From Actinomycetota bacterium (lineage in GTDB: Bacteria; Actinomycetota; Acidimicrobiia; Spongiisociales; UBA4744): a DNA stretch of 64,000 nt. Shown here piece by piece: positions 58,502 to 64,000 of this stretch; position 1 is the stretch's first letter; each line of letters opens with the position of its first letter. The translations under genes were made by a program, and so were the position numbers. The stretch lies in NCBI GenBank assembly GCA_013152275.1, contig JAADGS010000092.1, positions 12,793-76,792 of the forward strand. The letters are read 5' to 3'. Under the pieces are notes generated by a model. The model ran no database searches. It worked only from the letters and a program-made list of their open reading frames with translations, and was not told the origin of the DNA.

Positions 58502-61231
58502 TCACTTCACCGGATTCGTCAGTCCTGGCAGGTCGATCAGCTCCGGCGTCCAACCCGACTGCACCGGCTTGACGCGAATCCGGGCATCCACGATGGCGAT
58601 GCCTTCGCCGGGGGCGAGGACCTTGACCGGGTTGAGATCCATCTCCGAGATCTCCGGAACCGCCTCAGACAGGGCCGACACCCGCAGGATGACCTGCTCG
58701 AGGGCGGGAACATCGACCGGAGGGTAGGAGCGATAGCCTTCGAGCAACTTGGCGGACTTGATGGAGCGCACCATCTCCGCCGCCTCGAGGTCCGTCACCG
58801 GATTGATCCTGAAGGCGACGTCGCCGACCAACTCGACGAGAATGCCGCCCATCCCGAACACGATGAGTGGCCCGAACGCCGGATCCTCGGTCATCCCTAC
58901 CAACACTTCGAGACCGTCCTCGATCATCTCCTGGACCAGGACCCCCTCGGCATCGTCGACCAGCCCCATCAGGCGCCCAAATGTGTCCCGTACCGCCTTG
59001 TCGCCGTGGACGTCGAGCACGACCCCGCCGAAATCCGATTTGTGGACCGCAGAAGCCGACACGACCTTCATCGCCACGGACGAGCTCAACCCCTTGGCGA
59101 ACTCGACCGCCTGATCCGGAGTCGTCGCGACCATCGAAGAGGGCAGGCAGAGACCGAACGCACCGAGGACCTCGCCGACCTCGGCCGGATCGAGCCATCC
59201 CCCATCGTCGCCGAACCGCTCGAGCGCCTTGTGAGCAATCGCCCGCGCATCGTCGGGCCGCGCATCGTCGAACACCGGCACCGTTCCCTCCGGTTTGACG
59301 AGCCACTCGCCATGGCGAATGACCCGGGCGAGCGCCACGGCTCCCGCCTCGGGGAACTGGTACGTCGGGATCCTGACGCGCTCATCCGCAAGCAGCTCGG
59401 CAGGGTTCTCCGCAGACATGAACACCGAGAGCAGCGTCTTGTCCCCTTTGTACTGCGCTCCGGCGTCTCGGACGACCTCGGCGATCGCCGGGCCGCCGCC
59501 CGGAGTTGCCGGGACGTAGCTGACGATCAGCGAATCGACCTCGTCGGAGCCCAACAGCGTCTCGATGCTGCGCCGGTATTCGTCGGGACCGGCGGTGGCG
59601 ATCATGTCGACTGGGTTTCGCGTGGAAGCGTCGGTTGACAGCCCCTCCGCGAGCTTTGCACGCAGCTCGGGAGAGAACTCGGGTACGTCCAGCCCGTTCG
59701 ATTCGAGCGCGTCGGCGGCGAGGATGCCCGGTCCTCCCGCGTTGGTGAGAATGCCCACGCGCCGCCCTTTCGGAATCGGCTGGTTTGCCAGGAGCACCGC
59801 CACGTCGAAGAGTCCCTCGAGTGTCGCCGTCCGGATGACTCCTGCCTGATGGAACAGCGCATCCACGGCGACGTCCACGGAGGCCAGCGCCCCCGTGTGA
59901 CTGCTCGCAGCCCGAGTTCCCGCCTTGGTTCGTCCCGACTTGACCGCGATGATCGGCTTCTTGCGGGCGATGCGCCGGGCGAGGCGGCCGAAGCGCCGCG
60001 GGTTTCCGAACGACTCCAGGTACAGAACGATCACGTCGGTGTTGGGATCGCCTTCCCAGTAGAGCAGGAGATCGTTACCGCTGATGTCGGCTTTGTTGCC
60101 GACCGAGATGAAGGACGATATCCCGATGCTGTTTCTGACCGCGTAGTCCAGGATCGCGATTCCGAGAGCACCGGACTGGCTCGACATGGCCACATTGCCG
60201 GCAGGCGGAAACACCGGGGAGAACTGCCCGTTCACGGCAACCCTCGGATCGGTGTTGAGCAGACCCATGCAGTTCGGCCCGACCACCCTCATGCCGGCGG
60301 CTCGGGCCGTCTCCACGAGCTCACGTTCGAGTGCGGCTCCCTCCGGACCCACTTCGGAGAATCCGGCGGAGATGACCACAAGACCCCGCACCCCCTTCTC
60401 CGCACACTCCTTCACCGCCGGGATGACCAGCGGTGCCGGCACCACGATGAACGCCAGGTCGACCGGGTCCGGGATGTCGAGCACACTCTTGTACGCCCGA
60501 ACCGAGTGCACGTAGGTTGCGGCCGGGTTCACAGGGTAGATCGGACCGGAGAACCTGCCGCTCAACAGGTTGTGGAACAGTCGGGCGCCGATCGAGTCTT
60601 CCTTGCGACTTGCACCGACCACGGTGATCGACCGGGGATAGAAGATGGGGTTCAACGACGCGGCGATGGCCCGCTTCTCGCGCTCCTCCTCCGCGGCCCG
60701 GGTTCCTTCGGATTGCGCGACGGGGAAGGTGACGCTGTAGACGCCCTCGTCCATGGTGCGCTCGATCTCGTAGCCGGAATGGCGGAACATCCGAATCATC
60801 TGGACGTTGTCGGGAAGCACGAGTGCCTTGAACCCTTTGAGGCCCGTGGTTCTCGCGTAGGCGGTCATCAGCTGCAACAGCTGCGTCCCGATTCCCCGGT
60901 TCTGGTGCGCGTCCACGACGGCGAAGGCGACCTCGGCCTGTGAGGGATCGTCCTCCTCCCGGTCGTAACGACCAACCCCGATCATCTTGTCATCGAGCAG
61001 AACCGCGAATGCCATCCGGTTGTCGTAGTCGACGTTGGTGAAGTACTCGAGCTCTCGTGGCGACAGATCTTCCTTGTCCTGAAAGAAGCGGAAGTACCGG
61101 GACCTCTGCCCCATGCTCTCGAAGAGATCGTGGAGCAGCTCCTTGTCGTCCGGGGTGATTGGCCTGATGTGGACGACACCACCATCTCGTAAAACGGCAT
61201 CGACTTCGAATTCGGCGGGGTACTCGGCCAT
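58502..61231 (-). CDS. Bifunctional GNAT N-acetyltransferase / acetyl-CoA synthetase (ADP-forming, NDP-forming acyl-CoA ligase alpha+beta domains) family protein; Pat-like protein acetyltransferase architecture
   Basis: N-terminal GNAT (QNRGIGTQLLQ). A CoA-binding/succinyl-CoA-synthetase-like domain (SITVVGASRKEDSIGARLFHNL...). A C-terminal ATP-grasp domain. Start MAEYPAEF with AAGGAGGG RBS. Confidence 0.8.
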   Translation of the reverse strand: MAEYPAEFEVDAVLRDGGVVHIRPITPDDKELLHDLFESMGQRSRYFRFFQDKEDLSPRELEYFTNVDYDNRMAFAVLLDDKMIGVGRYDREEDDPSQAEVAFAVVDAHQNRGIGTQLLQLMTAYARTTGLKGFKALVLPDNVQMIRMFRHSGYEIERTMDEGVYSVTFPVAQSEGTRAAEEEREKRAIAASLNPIFYPRSITVVGASRKEDSIGARLFHNLLSGRFSGPIYPVNPAATYVHSVRAYKSVLDIPDPVDLAFIVVPAPLVIPAVKECAEKGVRGLVVISAGFSEVGPEGAALERELVETARAAGMRVVGPNCMGLLNTDPRVAVNGQFSPVFPPAGNVAMSSQSGALGIAILDYAVRNSIGISSFISVGNKADISGNDLLLYWEGDPNTDVIVLYLESFGNPRRFGRLARRIARKKPIIAVKSGRTKAGTRAASSHTGALASVDVAVDALFHQAGVIRTATLEGLFDVAVLLANQPIPKGRRVGILTNAGGPGILAADALESNGLDVPEFSPELRAKLAEGLSTDASTRNPVDMIATAGPDEYRRSIETLLGSDEVDSLIVSYVPATPGGGPAIAEVVRDAGAQYKGDKTLLSVFMSAENPAELLADERVRIPTYQFPEAGAVALARVIRHGEWLVKPEGTVPVFDDARPDDARAIAHKALERFGDDGGWLDPAEVGEVLGAFGLCLPSSMVATTPDQAVEFAKGLSSSVAMKVVSASAVHKSDFGGVVLDVHGDKAVRDTFGRLMGLVDDAEGVLVQEMIEDGLEVLVGMTEDPAFGPLIVFGMGGILVELVGDVAFRINPVTDLEAAEMVRSIKSAKLLEGYRSYPPVDVPALEQVILRVSALSEAVPEISEMDLNPVKVLAPGEGIAIVDARIRVKPVQSGWTPELIDLPGLTNPVK

Positions 61232-61279
61232 AAACCCTCCTTGTAGCCTTGATTCTGGCACGATCGGGGATTCGTACGG

Positions 61280-62488
61280 GTGACCACCGAATCGCGGGGA
61301 CCCGTATCCCTCATCCGGCGGGACGGTATCGTTCGCTCAGTGAGTGCAGTCGTATTCCCCTTCAAGGACGAAGACCCCGAGGTGGTCACCCGAAACGTGC
61401 TCGCGGCCGCCTCCCACCCCAGGGTCACCGAGGTGACGTGTGTCGGACTCGACCGCAACGCCACGTTCGACATACTCGAGGAGATCGCCCCTGCCGTGCC
61501 CGACGCGAACGTCACGGTGATCCTTCAGCGTCGCGTAGGGTCGCTGCGGCCAGGCAAGGGCGACGCGATGAACACCGGCCTGCTCGCGTTCCTGGAGCGA
61601 TCCGACGAGCAGCGCCTGCACTTCTACGACGCCGACATCACGAATTTCGATGCGGGCTGGATCGAGCAGGCGGAACAGGCTGCGGACACCGGGTTCGACG
61701 TCGTCCGGCACTTCTTCCCGAGAGCCTCGACGGACGCCATGATCACCTGGATGATCACGCGGGTCGGCTTCGCCGTCCTGTGGCCGGACACCGAACTTCC
61801 CCGCATCGGACAGCCCCTCGGCGGCGAGATGCTGCTCACCCGCGAGGCCGCCGAAGCCGTCGCATCGGATCGTCGTGTCCTGGCTCAGAGCGACTGGGGT
61901 GTCGACACGCTCTACACGTTCGCCATGGTCCAGCGCGAACGGCGCATGTACGAGACCTATGTGGCGTCGGGCAAGCAGCACCGCCTGTACGGTGGCCTCC
62001 AAGAGCTCGGGACCATGCTCGTCGAGTGTTTCGCCGCCGTGCAGACACTCCGGTACGAGGCGGTGCCGGTGGGGACACCCCACGTGATGGAGCCCGCCCG
62101 GCCGGCGACCGATGCGATCGCCACGAAGATCGGCTACGACGTCGATGCGACGCTCCCGCTGCTTGCATCCGGTTGGACGGAGCGCCAGGACGACCTGCTC
62201 GATGCGCTGCCGCCACGTGTCGCTCATGGCATGCGGGCAGCCCGCCAGTATCCGACCGTCGCCTTCATGGACGAGGACGCGTGGTACGAGACCTACCTGA
62301 GCCTGCTCTCGGATTTCGACGTATCCGATGCCGACTGGAGAAGGCTGCTGTTCAGACTCTGGGTGGCGCGCGTGTTGCAGTACACGTTCACCGAGGCGCT
62401 GCGCGGCCACGCGTCGGCCTCCGCGTACCTCGAAGCGATGGTCGAGCGGACGATCCACCGCTCGGCCCGCAAGGAATCGAGCCGTTAG
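61280..62488 (+). CDS. GT-A fold glycosyltransferase, glucosyl/mannosyl-3-phosphoglycerate synthase-like (tentative)
   Basis: DxD motif YDADITNFD and PGKGDAMNTG, reminiscent of GpgS/MpgS-type enzymes. GTG start at 61280 or at ~61340 (VSAVVFPF). Confidence 0.55.
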   Translation: MTTESRGPVSLIRRDGIVRSVSAVVFPFKDEDPEVVTRNVLAAASHPRVTEVTCVGLDRNATFDILEEIAPAVPDANVTVILQRRVGSLRPGKGDAMNTGLLAFLERSDEQRLHFYDADITNFDAGWIEQAEQAADTGFDVVRHFFPRASTDAMITWMITRVGFAVLWPDTELPRIGQPLGGEMLLTREAAEAVASDRRVLAQSDWGVDTLYTFAMVQRERRMYETYVASGKQHRLYGGLQELGTMLVECFAAVQTLRYEAVPVGTPHVMEPARPATDAIATKIGYDVDATLPLLASGWTERQDDLLDALPPRVAHGMRAARQYPTVAFMDEDAWYETYLSLLSDFDVSDADWRRLLFRLWVARVLQYTFTEALRGHASASAYLEAMVERTIHRSARKESSR

Positions 62489-62499
62489 CATCCCGCGCC

Positions 62500-64000
62500 A
62501 TGGACGAAGTGATCTGGCAACCATCGCATCCTGAGGCAACCCGCCTGCACGAATTCATGCAGCGGCTCCCCCACCGTCCCTCCAGCTACGACGAACTGTG
62601 GGAATGGTCCATCTCGAACAGGGGCGATTTCTGGCAGGCGCAGTGGGAGTTCGCCGACGTCGTCGCGTCGGTCCCGCCATCCCGGCCGATCGGGCGCGAA
62701 GCCATGCCGGGGACGGAATGGTTCCCCGATGCGAGACTCAACTACGCGGAGAACCTGCTGCGCAGGAGCGACGACACCGTCGCCATCTACGCCGCGGGAG
62801 AGGGACGCACACTCGAACGGATCACATGGGCGGACCTCGCGCGTCGAGTCGCCCGGGTGCAGGCCGGCCTCGAAGCGCTGGGCGTGGGACCGGGAGACCG
62901 CGTCGCCGCGCTCATCCCCAACTCGGTGTTCGCGGTCGTCGGGCTGCTGGCCACCGCCGCGATCGGAGCGATCTGGTCGTCGTGCTCCCCCGACTTCGGT
63001 CCGCTCGGCGTCATCGACCGGTTCGGTCAGATCGAGCCGAAGGTGTTCATCACCGCAGACGGTTACCGGTACAACGGCAAGACCCATCTGCTCGCCGACA
63101 CGGTGCGGGCGGTGACTGCGCAGCTTCCCGACCTGGAGCGGCTCGTCCTCATCGACTTCGTCGGCGAGCCGTGGAGCGTCGACGGGGTACCGACGATGAC
63201 GTGGTCACAGCTCGAATCCGGAGATGCCACCGAGCCGCACTTCGCCCAGCTTCCCTTCGATCATCCGCTGCTCATCATGTACTCGTCGGGCACGACCGGA
63301 CCTCCCAAGAGCATCGTCCACGGAGCCGGCGGCACCCTGCTCAAGCATCTGTCCGAGCATCAGCTGCACTCGGATGTGCGCAAGGGCGACGTGGTGTTCT
63401 GGTTCAGCACCTGCGGATGGATGATGTGGAACTGGCTCGTGACGGCGCTCGCCTCCGAAGCATCGATCGTCGTCTACGACGGCAGCCCGGCCCACCCCGA
63501 TCTCGAGGTCCTCTGGAAGCTCGCGGAGAAGATCGGTATCACACATTTCGGCACGAGCCCGAAGTTCCTCTCGGCGAACGCCAACGCCGGCGTCGTACCG
63601 GGCGACATCGCCGACCTGTCCGCCGTGCGCTGGCTCGGCTCGACCGGCATGCCGCTGAATCCCGACCAGTTCGACTGGGTATACGCCAATGTGAAGGACG
63701 ACGTCCAGCTCGCCTCGATCTCCGGAGGAACCGACATCATCGGGTGTTTCGCCCTCGGAGTGCCGATCCTGCCGGTGCGCCGCGGTCAGCTCCAGGCACG
63801 CGCGCTCGGGATGGCCGTGGAGTCCTGGGACGAGGAGGGAAAACCGCACATCGGCCGCAAGGGCGAACTCGTGTGCACCCAACCGTTTCCGTCGATGCCG
63901 GTGTCGTTCTGGAAAGATCCCGACGGGGCACGCTATCGCTCCGCGTACTTCGAGAAGTTTCCAGGAGTTTGGACGCATGGCGACTTCATCGAGATTCGCC
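62500..64000 (+). CDS. Acetoacetyl-CoA synthetase (acetoacetate--CoA ligase, ANL superfamily), 3' end outside the window
   Basis: I translated this from ATG 62500; the frame is open to the end of the window. AACS-specific N-terminus DFWQAQWEF...WFPDARLNYAENLL. AMP-binding motif LIMYSSGTTGPPKSIVHG. Confidence 0.85.
   Translation, partial: MDEVIWQPSHPEATRLHEFMQRLPHRPSSYDELWEWSISNRGDFWQAQWEFADVVASVPPSRPIGREAMPGTEWFPDARLNYAENLLRRSDDTVAIYAAGEGRTLERITWADLARRVARVQAGLEALGVGPGDRVAALIPNSVFAVVGLLATAAIGAIWSSCSPDFGPLGVIDRFGQIEPKVFITADGYRYNGKTHLLADTVRAVTAQLPDLERLVLIDFVGEPWSVDGVPTMTWSQLESGDATEPHFAQLPFDHPLLIMYSSGTTGPPKSIVHGAGGTLLKHLSEHQLHSDVRKGDVVFWFSTCGWMMWNWLVTALASEASIVVYDGSPAHPDLEVLWKLAEKIGITHFGTSPKFLSANANAGVVPGDIADLSAVRWLGSTGMPLNPDQFDWVYANVKDDVQLASISGGTDIIGCFALGVPILPVRRGQLQARALGMAVESWDEEGKPHIGRKGELVCTQPFPSMPVSFWKDPDGARYRSAYFEKFPGVWTHGDFIEIR

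Overview
This is a high-GC (approx. 65-68% by eye), gene-dense window of probable actinobacterial type. The evidence for that is the menaquinone genes menB/menA/menD/menF, Thr/Pro-rich lipoprotein linkers, frequent GTG/TTG starts, NarL/GntR regulators and 4-nt start/stop overlaps. I found no rRNA, tRNA, CRISPR array or transposase. The layout is as follows.
(1) 1-1172: menB (3' end) and menA.
(2) 1318-12554: a cluster of five multihaem c-type cytochrome genes plus a cytochrome b. It comprises a decahaem and an octahaem lipoprotein, a DksA/TraR zinc-finger gene, a sugar kinase-aldolase-oxidoreductase operon, and a three-gene operon of nonahaem cyt c, dihaem cyt b fused to a monohaem c domain, and a membrane-anchored heptahaem cyt c. 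That is 35 CxxCH motifs in total. The cluster is wedged between menA and the rest of the men locus (alpha/beta hydrolase, menD, menF).
(3) 18.4-21.8 kb: a DosR-like stress module (CBS-BON protein, USP, NarL-type response regulator, GAF histidine kinase) and a CsoR-family regulator.
(4) 22-34.5 kb: two tandem branched-chain-amino-acid-type (HAAT) ABC transporter operons, each followed by a class-V aminotransferase.
(5) 34.7-43.3 kb: an eight-gene, translationally coupled catabolic operon of unknown substrate (LLM flavin oxidoreductase, M20 deacylase, FAH hydrolase, two M24 peptidases, DRE-TIM lyase, two ketopantoate-reductase paralogs).
(6) 43.3-52.2 kb: a GntR regulator and a CoxMSLG-type molybdenum hydroxylase operon, flanked by two paralogous CrtI-like FAD oxidoreductases.
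(7) 52.7-57.3 kb: a single-chain pyruvate:ferredoxin oxidoreductase that appears frameshifted, and a PyrD-like partner.
(8) 57.4-64 kb: an SdpR/SdpI pair, a GNAT-acetyl-CoA-synthetase(ADP-forming) fusion, a GT-A glycosyltransferase and acetoacetyl-CoA synthetase (3' truncated).
Two families of short non-coding repeats are present: a ~60-75 bp palindromic REP-like element (3 copies, all at convergent gene ends) and a GTAC-phased heptanucleotide tandem array (2 copies).
The most interesting hypothesis is that the cytochrome cluster forms a menaquinol-oxidising extracellular electron-transfer conduit in a Gram-positive-type cell. It would combine an ImcH-like heptahaem and a split CbcL-like b+nonahaem module with wall-spanning lipoprotein multihaems.
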